NCBI RefSeq assembly: GCF_006345805.1
Contig: NC_043020.1
Location: 21,080,001 to 21,144,000, forward strand
Length of the DNA stretch: 64,000 nucleotides
Direction: 5' to 3'
Source of the DNA: Octopus sinensis
Lineage: Eukaryota
The first letter of the stretch is position 1. Each line of letters starts with the position of its first letter. A program made the translations under genes and the position numbers. A model generated the notes under the pieces. That model was given only the letters and a program-made list of their open reading frames with translations, was not told where the DNA came from and made no database searches. Below, in pieces: positions 13,566 to 25,670 of the stretch.

Positions 13566-13870
13566 AGTGGCCTGCAAAGGAGATGAGACTTTCTGAAAAT
13601 CAGCAAAGACATGCTGCTGCACGTTTGATGGAGTCTCAAGGGAGAAAGGAGATGAGACCTTCCAAAGATCAGCAAAGGCATGCTACAGCACTTAATGCTG
13701 AAGCATTAAAACAACGTTTAACGCGCCAGATTACACAGAGGTCCAATAGAACAACTCTCAGAAACAGACCACGCACAAATTCGTTCTTCACAACTCCTGG
13801 AGCTGCTTTCAGATATGATCCACCCATTCTTATGAAAATTATAATTCTGTCCAAATTGGTGTGCTAAACT
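13566..13870 (+). pseudogene. Helitron Rep/helicase N-terminal fragment
   Basis: Repeated RL..DQQRHA motif, then AAFRYDP and a frameshifted HSYENYNSVQIGVLNSNC, resembling the AAF.YDP..Y....V.IG....C segment of animal Helitron RepHel proteins. Confidence 0.6.
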
Positions 13871-13937
13871 CAAATTGTTGTTAGAAAATTACTATTTGTA
13901 AATCTCACAAGGAGATATTCAGCAACAGTACTTTGGA

Positions 13938-14280
13938 GTAAAGATTATTTGCCAACATAACATGGCAGTCATTGCTTAGGACGAATGTTGCTGTAATTTA
14001 GCCCCAGGAGACACCGTCTCCAGCTGGCTATACGACACGATCTGTGTCCTTATATTTTCGAACAAGGGAACAAGCTCAAAACAATATCTGTGTATCCCGG
14101 AAATCGCGATACACAGATATTGTTTTGAGCTGAGTGGGGGTGCTAGATTCCCTTGTTCGAAAATATAAGGACACAGATCGCGTCGTAGAGCCAGCTAGAG
14201 ACGATGTTTCCTGGGGCTAAATTACAGCAACATTCGTCCTAAACAATGACTGCCATGTTATGTTAGCAAATAATCTTTAC
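13938..14280. mobile_element. Foldback/MITE-like palindrome with 133-bp outer arms and a 24-bp perfect inner stem
   Basis: Arms 13938-14070 and 14148-14280 (7 mismatches counted by hand). Inner stem 14073-14096 / 14108-14131. Confidence 0.8.
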
Positions 14281-14367
14281 CTCAAATTGTTGTTTCTGCA
14301 AATTTACTCCACAATTGTTTTGTCGTCAATGCTGCACTTTCCTGTATCACCTGTTTCAACACAACTG

Positions 14368-14419
<52 letters not shown>

Positions 14420-14599
14420 TACAAACTATGCCATTTTAATCCCGAGCAACGACGGGTATCTCTGATACTGTATGTATTTATATGTCTTGCTTCCATCTCC
14501 TGAGCGCCTTTTAATAATAATACTGTAATTGTTCCTGTTGTTGTTGTTTTTTTGTTTCCCTTTTGGATTAAAATTATATATATATATATTATATATATA

Positions 14600-14651
<52 letters not shown>

Positions 14652-14725
14652 CGAATAAGTAGAATGACCAAAGACTAGCCACACGCTTGAAACTCATAGT
14701 ACCAAGGAGTTTGAATTAAACTGTT

Positions 14726-15002
14726 TGTGAGATGACGTCAGCAGCTGGGGAGTTGACCGGAACTTGGGGCTGACCGGAAGGGACAGCCGTGACGCGCGCG
14801 CAGCGAGCGGGGCATTCTGGCTTTCGAGTCAGGTCGTCGAGGGGTTAAGAAGGGTCATCACGTTGTTAAGGTTGGGTGAAGCAGCTGCCATCTCTAGCGT
14901 TCGGGTCGGGGCTGTGTTGAAGGATCCGTTACCACTGAAGGGTCTCCATCTGAGCGAAGAGAAGGCAGGTGCCGTTACTTCGAATCTCTCGCATACGCCA
15001 CA
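14726..15002 (+). repeat. 5' LTR (277 bp)
   Basis: Matches the 3' LTR with 7 substitutions and one 17-bp insertion (TTGACCGGAACTTGGGG). Confidence 0.95.
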
Positions 15003-15014
15003 AGCTATTTCGGC
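15003..15014 (+). promoter_or_regulatory. Putative primer-binding site AGCTATTTCGGC, complementary to nt 1-12 of tRNA-Phe
   Basis: Directly abuts the LTR-terminal CA. It is the exact reverse complement of GCCGAAATAGCT, the conserved 5' end of metazoan cytosolic tRNA-Phe(GAA). The same 12-mer occurs in copy 2 at 56788-56799. Confidence 0.75.
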
Positions 15015-15037
15015 GCTCCACATAAGACGTCATCACG

Positions 15038-15777
15038 ATGGCAGTGAAAATCAGGATCGCCAGCGACATCATCAGACCCTTTAATGGTGAAGGCGATGTA
15101 GTGGCCTGGATTCGTAAAATCAGGCTGGTGGCAAGACTGCAAGGTATAAGCGATGTGGCAAGTCTTATGGCGCTGTATTTGGAAGGGAGCGCGTTGACGC
15201 TATATCTTGAGATGGACGGGGAAGAACGTCTGAGCAAGGAAAAGATAGAGCAACGTCTGAGGGATGCCTACACAGAGTGTGAATACACAGTTTTTGCTCA
15301 GCTGGGTACGATCAGATGGACGGGAGGACAGGTGGACGAACATGCGGCAGAAGTTCGAAGGTTAGCGACGCTGGCTGGGTTTACAGGAGAAGGGCTGGAG
15401 AGAGCAGCGCGACTGGCGTTTGTAAATGGGTTCCCCGACGATGTAGGGATTCACCTACAACGATTGCCCGGGATTAAAAAGATGGCGCTGAGCGAACTTG
15501 TGACTCAAGTCCGCGTGTTGAGGCGACACTCTGGGCGAAAGGCGATAGTGATAGCGGTGACGGAGGTGCGTAAATACGGACGACGACCGGAGAAAGACGT
15601 ATAGAACCTACCATGCAACGACAGCGGCCGTTCTCAGGTCGGTGTTTTAGATGTCAGGGGTCGCACATGGCGCGGGACTGTACGCAACCGGGGCCCGTTT
15701 GCTATCGATGCAGGCAGACAGGACACATCGCCCGCGGGGAAGTTGCTGCCTCTCGAACTTTCCCTGCAAACGAGTAG
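15038..15777 (+). pseudogene. gag: gag with two CCHC zinc knuckles (frameshift near 15602)
   Basis: ORF 15038-15604, then the shifted frame GRCFRCQGSHMARDC..VCYRCRQTGHIAR. Confidence 0.85.
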
Positions 15778-18420
15778 AGGCGCTTTTGGAGACGCTGCCA
15801 TTAATTGACGTGGAGGCCGAGGGGAAGACGTTGAAGGCCCTCGTGGATACCGGCTGTGCGACCACCCTTGTGACTTCAAGGGTGACGAAGAAATGGAACG
15901 GGGCAAGTAGCATCCGGGCGGTCGACGGCAGCGAAATCCGTTGCAGAGGCAGCAGCAAGGTAGAGATAGTGTTGGGCGGTGCGACGCTAAGGCTGCAGGT
16001 AATTGTGGCTGAACGCGTGATAGATGGGGTTGATGTGGTGATGGGGATGGACGCCATCAACCGCCTCGGTGGCGTCAGCATTGTGGGAGATGAGGTCATG
16101 TTCGGAAGCGTGGGGGCGTCGTGCACTGCGAGTCAGGATCGCCAGAGAGAGCAGAACCCCGCGAGGGACTGCGCTGCGCCGCTTACACCATTGAGGACAA
16201 AGACTTTCAGGCGGCGTTCGATGGTCAGCGGTGGACGATAGAGTGGCGAAGGAAGGACGAGCCCCCGATGCTGAAAAACAGAGTGAGCTGCTACCAGCAT
16301 GCCCTGAAAGGCCACGTCAGGGTTGAGTTTGAAGACGATGTGAAGAGGTCGATCGAGGAAGGGGTCCTTGTCCCGTGGAAGGAGGAGGTAGCGGGCGGAG
16401 TGATACCCCTGATGGCGGTGGTGCAGCCTACGAAGGGAAAAGTCAGACCGGTGCTGGACTTCAGGGAGCTAAACGAGCATATATCGTGTCACACGGGAGG
16501 TGAGGCGACAGACGTTTGTGGCGAGACGTTACATGCGTGGAGACAGTCGACCGAGGCAGCGACGATTGTCGACTTGAAATCGGCATACTTGCAGCTCCAT
16601 GTGAGCGACAAACTGTGGTGCGGTACAAAGGCCGGACGTACTGTTTAACCAGGCTGGGTTTCGGGCTGAATTCCGCTCCGAAGATCATGGCAGCAGTGCT
16701 TAAGTCCGTCTTAGGGAAAGACGGCAAGATTAGAAAAGCCACCAGCTCCTACATTGACGACATTTTGGTGGACGAAACTGTAGTGCCAGCCAACGAGGTA
16801 GTTAGACATCTGGAGAAATTCAGACTGATTGCGAAGCCACCGGAGTCGATGGAAGGAGGAGCCGCGCTGGGGCTGAAGCTGCGAAGAGATAGATCGGGTG
16901 AGTTGGTGTTCTGGAGATGGAATGAAATTCCAGAGCTGAGTTCCAGCGTCAGCAGGAGAGTGCTGTTTTCGGTGTGTGGGAAGTTGGTCGGTCACTACCC
17001 GATCGCTGGATGGCTGCGCACGGCGTGCAGTTACACCAAGAGACGAGCGGAGGGGGAGAGTTGGGGCGACAAGGTGGGAGATGATGCAGGAAATCCTAGA
17101 GAGGACGAGAGCGGAAGACCCAGTCAGGGGTAATTGGTACGTGCCCAAGACGGAATGCGGGACCGTCTGGTGTGACGCTAGCAGTATAGCGATAGGGGTT
17201 GTGTTGGCAATCGAAGGCGCTGCGGTGGAGGACGCGGCCTGGCTTCGGAAAGCAGATGATTTTAACCAAATCAATGTCGCCGAATTAGACGCGGTGCTGA
17301 AAGGGGTGAACTTGGCCCTGAAATGGGGGCTGCAATTGAAACCCGGACGGATTCGGCCACTGTGCTTGGCTGGGTAGGATCGGTGATCACCGGTGAAAGG
17401 AGAGTGCGGACGAAAGGTGTCGCGGAGATGTATATGAAGCGCCGTCTAGGAGTTCTAGGTGAATTGATCGCCGAGTTCGGACTGAAGCTGAACGTGGTTT
17501 TCGTGCCTTCGGAGAAAAACAGGGCGGACGCACTGACCAGGGTGAAAAGAGCGTGGTTGGAAGAACCGGAGGGGGCCCGGAAAGGGATAGCTGCGGTGTG
17601 TCGGTTGGATGACTGAACTGAAGAGACTGTATGCTATGCATCACCTGGGTGTGGACAGGACCCTGTATCTGGCGAAGAAATTTGATGCTGACGTCACTAG
17701 GAGAAGCATCCGGAAAGTGGTCGGAAGCTGCGACCCTGCTCCGTGTGGGCATGAACAGGGAAGCCTTTCGGTGGAGCAGAACTGGAAAAGGCTAGCTGTG
17801 GATGTGACGCACTACCGTCAGGGAATGTATCTCTCCATGGCCGATTGCGGGCCGGGCCGGCTGGCCATTTGGAGGGAATTGAGAACGGACATTGCTGACA
17901 GATCGCGCAGATCTTGAACGGGATATTTTTAGAGAGAGGTCCCGTGGAAGAACTGCTGATGGACAACGGGGCGGCGTTTCGTTCGGAAGCATTGAGGGTT
18001 ATGCTTGATCGGTGGAAGGTGCGTCGCTTGTTCAGAGCAGCGTATAAACCGAGCAGTAACGGGATCGTAGAGAGGCACCATCGGACAGTCAAGGCCATAG
18101 CGGAAAGAGGGCACATTTCGCCGCTTGAAGCAGTTTTTTGGTACAACTTGTCTCCCCGATCTGAACAAACTGAGGAATCTGTGCCGCAGAAAGCTGTATT
18201 TAAATATGAATGGAGGCACCCGAGCAAAGCGCCGGGGGGCCACGAGGAAGAGAAGGGACCCGTTTGCGTGAAAATAGGGGAGGAAGTCTGGGTTAAGCCA
18301 CCAAAGGCGCGCTGTACGTCTCAATGGAGCAGAGGAACGGTGACGGCGGTCAATTCCAGAAACAACGTCTCCGTGGACGAATGCCGCGACACGTCTTGGA
18401 CCTTCGCAGGATTGTCGCTT
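15745..18420 (+). pseudogene. pol: pol (protease, RT, RNase H, integrase), disrupted
   Basis: ALVDTGC (PR); VRPVLDFRELN, DLKSAYLQ, LGFGLNSAP, YIDDILV (RT); WCDAS (RH); LAVDVTH, LLMDNG, NGIVERHHRTVK (IN DDE). Confidence 0.92.
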
Positions 18421-18557
18421 CGACGGACAACGATTGTGGAGAGGGGAGAACGAGGTGCCCAGCTTGAGAAGATCTCGACGCGCAAGGCGCCCTCCCGGTC
18501 GGATGGTGGACTACGACATGGAGTAGAGAGATTGTGATCTTTAAGATCAGGGTGGCG

Positions 18558-18817
18558 TGTGGGATGACGTCAGCAGCTGGGGAGCTGACCGGAAGGGGCA
18601 GCCGTGACGCGCGCGCAGCGAGCGGGGCATTCTGGCTTTCGAGTCAGGTCGTCGAGGGGTTAAGAAGGGTCATCACGTTGTTAAGGTTGGGTGAAGCAGC
18701 TGCTATCTCTAGCGTTCGGGTCGGGGCTGTGTTGAAGGATCCGTTACCACTGAAGGGTCTCCATCTGAGCGAAGAGAAGGTAGGTGCCTTTATTTCGAAT
18801 CTCTCGCATACGCTACA
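18558..18817 (+). repeat. 3' LTR (260 bp)
   Basis: TGTGGG...GCTACA, preceded by a weak purine tract AAGATCAGGGTGGCG. Confidence 0.95.
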
Positions 18818-19399
18818 CTGTTTTGATCTATCTGTGTGTGTGTGTGTGTGTGCGGTGTTCGGGGTCATCACATGCAGTGTGTAGATGTAACTACTGTTGA
18901 AGTGAAAATGGAAAATGTAAGGTTCTCACGTTGGAGATACCACGCGAAAGAGAACACCTAAGAAGAATGAATAATATTTACAAATTTATTTGCCCGCAGT
19001 TGTTAGTAAGACAGCAGTAACTGTACATAGTTGATAGTGACAAGATTTCGCCCGCTGGTTCTTAGTCAGTAGTGTGGAAGTTACGTTCAGCTGGTAGGGA
19101 GAGAAAGAGTAAGGATTGCACTCTACTGACAGAGAGGAAGAAAGGGTAAAGGTGACATGGTCCCTTTGACTCGGCCGAAAGGTGCGCTTCGGTTGCCGAC
19201 AGAAAGTTGAAGAGGCTGGAGAAAGAAATGCCATGTTATATACTCTATGGCCAGGATGTAGGTTAAATCCTAAACAAGTATTTCCCATTAATCATTCAGT
19301 GTGGAGAGGCAAAGACAAAGGAATTTCAGACTTGCTTGACAAGCAACAAGCGATTGGATTCTATAAAGATATATCTACATATTTCTTTAATACTTATTA

Positions 19400-19488
<89 letters not shown>

Positions 19489-19493
19489 CTCAC

Positions 19494-19561
<68 letters not shown>

Positions 19562-19669
19562 CATGCATACATAGATATATAATATATATATATATGCACA
19601 TATATATATGTATGTATATATATATATACATAGATATATAATAAATATATATATACACACACACACACA

Positions 19670-19739
<70 letters not shown>

Positions 19740-19765
19740 GATATATAATATATATATATATATGC

Positions 19766-19800
<35 letters not shown>

Positions 19801-19865
19801 TAGATATATAATATATAGATATATGCATATATATATATATAATATATATATATATATATACATAG

Positions 19866-19935
<70 letters not shown>

Positions 19936-19941
19936 GCACAC

Positions 19942-20016
<75 letters not shown>

Positions 20017-20018
<2 letters not shown>

Positions 20019-20909
20019 CGAGGTGCGATGAGAAAATTGTCGCAAGTTCATATTTTTTTATTTCGCGCATACGCATTGCTTGTTTTTTATTTTGTTGACT
20101 ACACAGTATAGTAGGGTCAGTTGGGCACCGTCTGTGAGAAAAAAAGCACCATGATGCAATTCACTCTGCCAGAAATTTGAAAACGACATGTTGTGCTGCT
20201 TGCTTTTCGCACCGGAAGCTCCAATACAAACATTTCAGAGTGTTTGGGTGTGAATCTGAGGACAGTGCAATCTGAGGACATGTACCAAGAGTGATAAAAA
20301 TCAAACATCCAGTCAACATCATGGTGTTTGGAGTGATCACTAGTGATGGTGACATAATGCCTCCATTCATCTTCCCACACGGTCTCAGACACAACACGAA
20401 GGCCTACACCAAGTGCATGGAGGAGGTAGTGCAACCCTCGGTCAATAGGATGGTTGCTGGCGAACTCAATGTCTAGCAACAGGACTCTGCACTATGTCGC
20501 ACAAGCAGAACTTAGTCATGGCTATCAGGCAATTTCTGTGACCTCATCACCCCTAACATCTGGCTACCTAACTCCCGAGCTACACCCCCACCCCCGATTA
20601 TTATGTGTGGGGCGCAGTTGAGCGACAAAGCAACAAAACTCCTTGAAACACAAAAGATGAACTGAAGGCAAGGATTATGGCAGCATTGACTAACTTAGAC
20701 AAGGAGACCGTCCAGAAGAGTTGCAGGAAATTCCGAAGGCGTCTGGAGGCCATGGTTGAATCCAATGGCGATTTTATGGAATGAATTTACTCTTTAGTAT
20801 TTCATGATATTTTTATGTAATTTTGGTAAATATATCAGTTAAAATGAGATCTCAGTGTTATTTCCATTTTTGCGTAATTTAGACGACAATATATTCACCG
20901 CAGCCTGTA
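20017..20909 (+). mobile_element. Internally deleted Tc1/mariner-superfamily transposon (DD37D/maT-like)
   Basis: Degenerate TIRs TACGAGGTGCGATGAGAAAATTGTCG / CGACAATATATTCACCGCAGCCTGTA with TA ends. Transposase remnants KHPVNIMVFGVITSDGDIMPPFIF, QQDSA, W.PNS..DYYVWG. Confidence 0.8.
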
Positions 20910-21070
20910 TGTGTGTTTGTGTGTAATATGTGACAATTGTTCGATAGCTCTGATAAAATTCCGAAACATCAGAAACCGAATAATTGTCACATATTATATT
21001 TACAGATAAATTTCTGTTTACATAATATCGAGGTCTCTTTCGTTCTTTTGTTGTCTTACCAATACCATTA

Positions 21071-21114
<44 letters not shown>

Positions 21115-21124
21115 CACACACACA

Positions 21125-21155
<31 letters not shown>

Positions 21156-21159
21156 TAAC

Positions 21160-21480
21160 TGCAACCATGCTGGGGCACCACCTTGAATAATTTTTGGTCG
21201 AACAAATCGACCCCAGGACTTTTTTATGCCTGTAACTTAATCTGTCGTTTCCTTTGGCCGAACTGCTAAGTTAAAGAAAAGAAAACACGCCAACACCGGT
21301 TGTGAAATGGTGGTGGGGATCAAACACAGATATGAAGACTCACGCATAGATATATACATCTATATACGACAGACTTCTTTCAGTAACCGTCAAGAAAAAT
21401 CCATTTGCCCAAGGTGCCAGGCACTGGTACTGAACCCGGAACTATGTGATTGGGAAGCAAGCTTCTTACCACACAACCAC
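21160..21480 (-). mobile_element. tRNA-derived SINE (family 1) with an internal microsatellite
   Basis: Minus-strand head GTGGTTGTGTGGTAAGAAGCTTGCTTCCCAATCACATAGTTCCGGGTTCAGTACC with A/B-box-like motifs. Related fragments at about 26705-26790 and 59765-59850. Confidence 0.75.
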
Positions 21481-21567
21481 CATTCTGATGTTCCTTCACT
21501 TGTTTCAGTCATTCGACTGCAACCTGGTTTGATGGGTTTTGTCGAACGATGAGCTCTCACACATACG

Positions 21568-21622
<55 letters not shown>

Positions 21623-21919
21623 ACGCACGCACACATACACGCGCACGCACACACACACGCACGCACAAATACACACTCATACAGGCGTAAGTATGGCTGT
21701 AATTAAGAAGCTCGCTCTACAACCAAGTGGTGGGCGGAGAGGGAAATGCTCTGTCCCAGTGAATTTGTGAAAAGCTGGATTACAGTGGTAGAAATAACAC
21801 ACACGCACACCAATACACACACACACGCCGGTATGTTTCTGCGTATACTTGTGTATACGAGAAACTTGTTGCGTCTTATGTGTTACGTGCCCCTCCCTTT
21901 ATTAATTTTTGAATTCTCC

Positions 21920-21953
<34 letters not shown>

Positions 21954-22060
21954 AGCAGCAAGTAGTTTAGTGAAACGTCATTTATTTAGTATTTCTCTTA
22001 ATTGCACACGTAATTCTCTCACTCTCTAGACAGCAGCAGTTTAAACGTGCGTGTGTGTGT

Positions 22061-22156
<96 letters not shown>

Positions 22157-22454
22157 ATAATATATATATATATATATACATACACATATATATATATATA
22201 TATGTATGTGTGTATGTGTGTATTTTTAAATAACAAATGGAAACTTCTATGTCAAATACCCAAGACGTTGACAGTACAGAGCCGCCAGAAGATCCTGTTG
22301 ACGATGAAGTAGAAGCAAAGCTATCACTTTATGAAAGGTAATGATAATAATAATTCTTTATAATTTTGGCATGGGGGGTGGGGGGCAATAATTTTGAAGG
22401 GAGCGGAAGCCCAGTATTTGACTGGCGCTTTTTTTTTGTTTTGTTTTTCATCGG

Positions 22455-22800
22455 TGAAGAAAGGATGACAGGCAAAGTCGACTTCGGCGGAATTTGAACA
22501 CAGAACGAGAAGACAGACAGAATGTTTGGCGGCATTTCGCCCAGCGTGCTAACGATTCTGCCAGCTCATTGCCTTCAGTGATAATACTTTCAAATATTGA
22601 CCCAGCTAACATCTTCGGCGGTGATGGCATGTCGATTACATCAACTCCAGTGCTCAACTGGTACTTATTTTATCGGACCCGAAAGGATGAAATGGAAAGT
22701 GGACCTCTGCGACATTTGAACTCAGAACACAGAGACGGACGAAAGGCCTTTAAGCATTTTGCCCAGCGTGCTAACCACTCTGCCAACTCACCTCTTTAGT
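22455..22800 (-). mobile_element. Two tRNA-derived SINE (family 2) fragments
   Basis: GAAAGGATGA..GGCAAAGTCGAC.TCGGCGGAATTTGAAC.CAGAAC..TTTCGCCCAGCGTGCTAACGATTCTGCCAGCTC, shared with 23720-23815, 29258-29560, 35550-35672 and 53460-53585. Confidence 0.8.
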
Positions 22801-23315
22801 GATGGTGGTGATGATGATAACAACAACAATAATAATACATCCTTCTAATTTATACACAACTTCAGTAATTTTGAGAGAAGTATGGTAGAGGTTTGCAGTG
22901 GTTTTTGTCAGCTCGGCTCCACGGAAAATTTTCTTTTGCTCCTCAGAGTGGAGATAATATCAATAAACTATTTAGCTTTCCATGCACCAACTTTTCCTTT
23001 CTGTTGAAATAGCAATCAAAATTGACTGCCCTTCCCATTACTATGTCAGAATTTTGAACTTGTAAAAGGGTACTTTTCCTTTTTTTTTCCTTTCAAAACT
23101 TTGTATATTTACATTTTAAAATATGGAAAAAAGTGTGATGAGGCGGGTTAGTACAACGAACCATGAACGTCAATAAGGGATTTTGCAGAATCGGATTTTA
23201 TAAGCTAATTAAGTTATGGCTTAAATCCTCAAACACAGAAACTTCAAATTAAAAGGAATATATGTTGTGAATTTTTGTGAAACTCTCTGGTCTGATTATT
23301 TGTATTTATTTATTC

Positions 23316-23714
23316 ACTAGCAGTATCGCCCGGCGTTGCTCGGGTTTGTAAGGGAAATAACTATATAAGCATTTTTAGAGAGTTATAGCCAAAAAATAGC
23401 AAAAAAATGCATTAAAAATGGAAAAAACATTAAGGTAAATTTTTTTAAAAATCGTTGACACATCGTAGATATTTTTAGAGAGTTACTTCCCTTATATAAT
23501 AGCGAAAAATGCATTAAAATGGAAAAATATGATGGTAAATTTTTTTTTAAATCGTAGACTCATCGTAGACGCGCGCTAATACCCAGAAGGGCTCGATATG
23601 ACTCACGACTTTAAGATACCCGCTTTTGGTGAAACTGCACCGCAAAATGTGGGAGTAGTTACGAATCTAAATCGTAGGAGACAGACACACAACTTCAGTT
23701 TTATATATAAAGAT
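23316..23714 (+). mobile_element. Non-autonomous Helitron-family element (Lep1/HINE-like)
   Basis: 5' ACTAGCAGTATCGCCCGGCGTTGCTCGG; 3' GACAGACACACAACTTCAGTTTTATATATAAAGAT. Confidence 0.65.
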
Positions 23715-23719
23715 ATAAG

Positions 23720-23815
23720 CCACGACTCCGGCGGGATTTGAACTCAGAACGTAAAGACGAACGAAATGCTGCTAGAGATTTTGCCCGGAGTTCTAACGAT
23801 TCTGTAAGTTCACCG
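23720..23815 (-). mobile_element. SINE family 2 head fragment
   Basis: GGCGGGATTTGAACTCAGAACGTAAAGACGAACGAAATGC..TTTTGCCCGG..CTAACGATTCTG. Confidence 0.75.
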
Positions 23816-23816
23816 C

Positions 23817-23867
<51 letters not shown>

Positions 23868-23924
23868 TATTATTATTATTATTATTATTATTTTATTATT
23901 ATTATTATTATCATTATAATAATA

Positions 23925-24481
23925 AATGCCCTGATGCAGTACCAGGCAGTGGCTCTCGTGGCTTCTGATCTTAACTGATTAGAAGTGTTATCATGTACAT
24001 TGTTTTGTCTTGGTATAAAAGATGGGCTACAGCAAATATTCTGCTCAATACCACAGATTTGCTTGTCAGTTGTTTGACCGTAACCAGTTGAGCATGTCCC
24101 TTAGTGGCTGACAATATGTGCATCTCTGATCACGAGCAGAAGTAGTGGGGGAGCATCATAGCCATGTGTTGAGAGGGATTCTTTGCGGTTTGAATAATTC
24201 ACCTCTGGAAACATGGGTGGTTCTTTCAACATCCTTAAACAACCCTTATTCAGGGACCTTTTGAGCGGGATGGGTTACTCAACCTGAAGAAAATTCTAAC
24301 TGGGCCCCACCTGCAAGGTCATGTGCTGTTTATCTTGATATGAGATCACCATGTCGCGCACATATGGTTGTGATGCATGTGCCTAGTGTACCCTTATCAG
24401 ACGGGTAGTCATGATGGGTATATTGGGCTTCGTATATTTTACCCCAGTGTCACTTTGATGGCATGCACTGCTCTCTCACTC
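23925..24481 (+). mobile_element. Unclassified non-coding retroposon-like insert of about 557 bp within (TAA)n
   Basis: Complex sequence flanked on both sides by (TAA)/(TTA) tracts, ending ..CTCTCACTC(AAT)n. No ORF. Its status as an interspersed repeat is inferred. Confidence 0.5.
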
Positions 24482-24544
<63 letters not shown>

Positions 24545-24776
24545 TAGCTGGACCCGTTGAAAAATTCACAAGCACCTCTAAATTGTGTGCTGGTGCCATG
24601 AGAAATGTTTCTATATTGTGACAGTTACAGAATATAGAAAGACGTGTAAAACCGATAACTATATAATCCAACCAAAATATCTTAGTGACGCAAACGTAAA
24701 CAGAATTATTATTTAACCTTAAAATACATCACACATATTCAAAGAAACTTCTTGGTTTAGTGGTACGAAAGTTCGG

Positions 24777-25027
24777 ATCTTTTCCTTTTGAACGGCAGTT
24801 TTCAACACAATTTCTAGTTAACTAAACACTTTTAAACTTCGTATACTGGTAAAATGTGTCAAAATAAAACATTTTTTTCTCTTGGCTTTCTTGAGAAAAT
24901 TGTAATTTGTAAGTTTAACGTAGTTTAATTTTTCGAATTTTAACCAATCCTATTCCCTCTATTGAGCTAAAATCATTTGCTGCGTCTAAAACTGAGACAA
25001 CATCCTGTCACTAACCCTAACCCTAAA
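24777..25027 (+). mobile_element. Truncated copy of the TIR element family at 34363-34926
   Basis: GGATCTTT..CCTTTTGA...AAACTTCGTATACTGGT..AATGTGTCA shared with the other copy; ends in CTAACCCTAACCCTAA. Confidence 0.7.
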
Positions 25028-25279
25028 ATTTAGCCTTTCGTTTTTTTTTTTTCTTAATTGTTAAGCGTGTGTCTAAAATGATTCGTTTTGTTTTTGTTTT
25101 GAGGTTTTGCTTTCGTTTTAGCCTTTCGTTTCTTTTTCTTAATTGTTAAATTAAAATTATTTTCCATTGCTTTCGTTTTAGCGTTTGGTTTTTTTTTCTT
25201 AATTGTTATCCTTAAATTAATTTTTATGTGTGTGTGTGTTTGCGTCTGTGTTTGTCCTCCTGTGTGTATATATATATAT

Positions 25280-25670
25280 ACTAGCAGTATCGCCCGGCGT
25301 TGCTCGGATTTGTTTCGACCCGCTGGAATTGGAATTTTTGAAAAGTAAAAATTTTGCATTATGTAGCTTGTTATTCTCTTCAAGTGAACATTTTTCTGGT
25401 TGAAATACACCGAAAAGTGGCGACACAGCTGTCAAAAAATCGTAAAAAATAGGGATTTTCATAGAAAAAAGCACCTTTTTGATATAAATCATTTTTGGTG
25501 TTAACATGGTCCGATTTGAATTTTATCTTCTACGGAAGGAAGAGCAACCCTTCTTCTATCATACTCTCAATTTTGGTCAACTTGCGCCGCAGGGTCTCGG
25601 AGGAGATAGTGTTAGTTGAAGGTTACCAAACCTGGCGCGCACAGGCAACTTCAGCTTTATATAGAGAGAT
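25280..25670 (+). mobile_element. Non-autonomous Helitron-family element (Lep1/HINE-like)
   Basis: 5' ACTAGCAGTATCGCCCGGCGTTGCTCGG, identical to the 23316 copy; 3' CAACTTCAGCTTTATATAGAGAGAT. Confidence 0.65.

Larger units (their letters stand above)
14726..18817 (+). mobile_element. Complete Ty3/gypsy LTR retrotransposon (4092 bp) with 5-bp TSD CTGTT
   Basis: TG..CA LTRs at 14726-15002 and 18558-18817. CTGTT at 14721-14725 and 18818-18822. Domain order gag-PR-RT-RH-IN. Confidence 0.96.

Noticed and set aside
14726-15020. Tf1-type self-priming as the explanation for the odd PBS
   Set aside because: No GCCGAAATAGCT or close complement was found in either LTR; only GAAGCAGCT partially matches.
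19171-19199. GC-rich element with GAAA and cUUCGg tetraloops
   Set aside because: Only a 5-bp outer stem with competing pairings; no recognisable ribozyme or ncRNA family.
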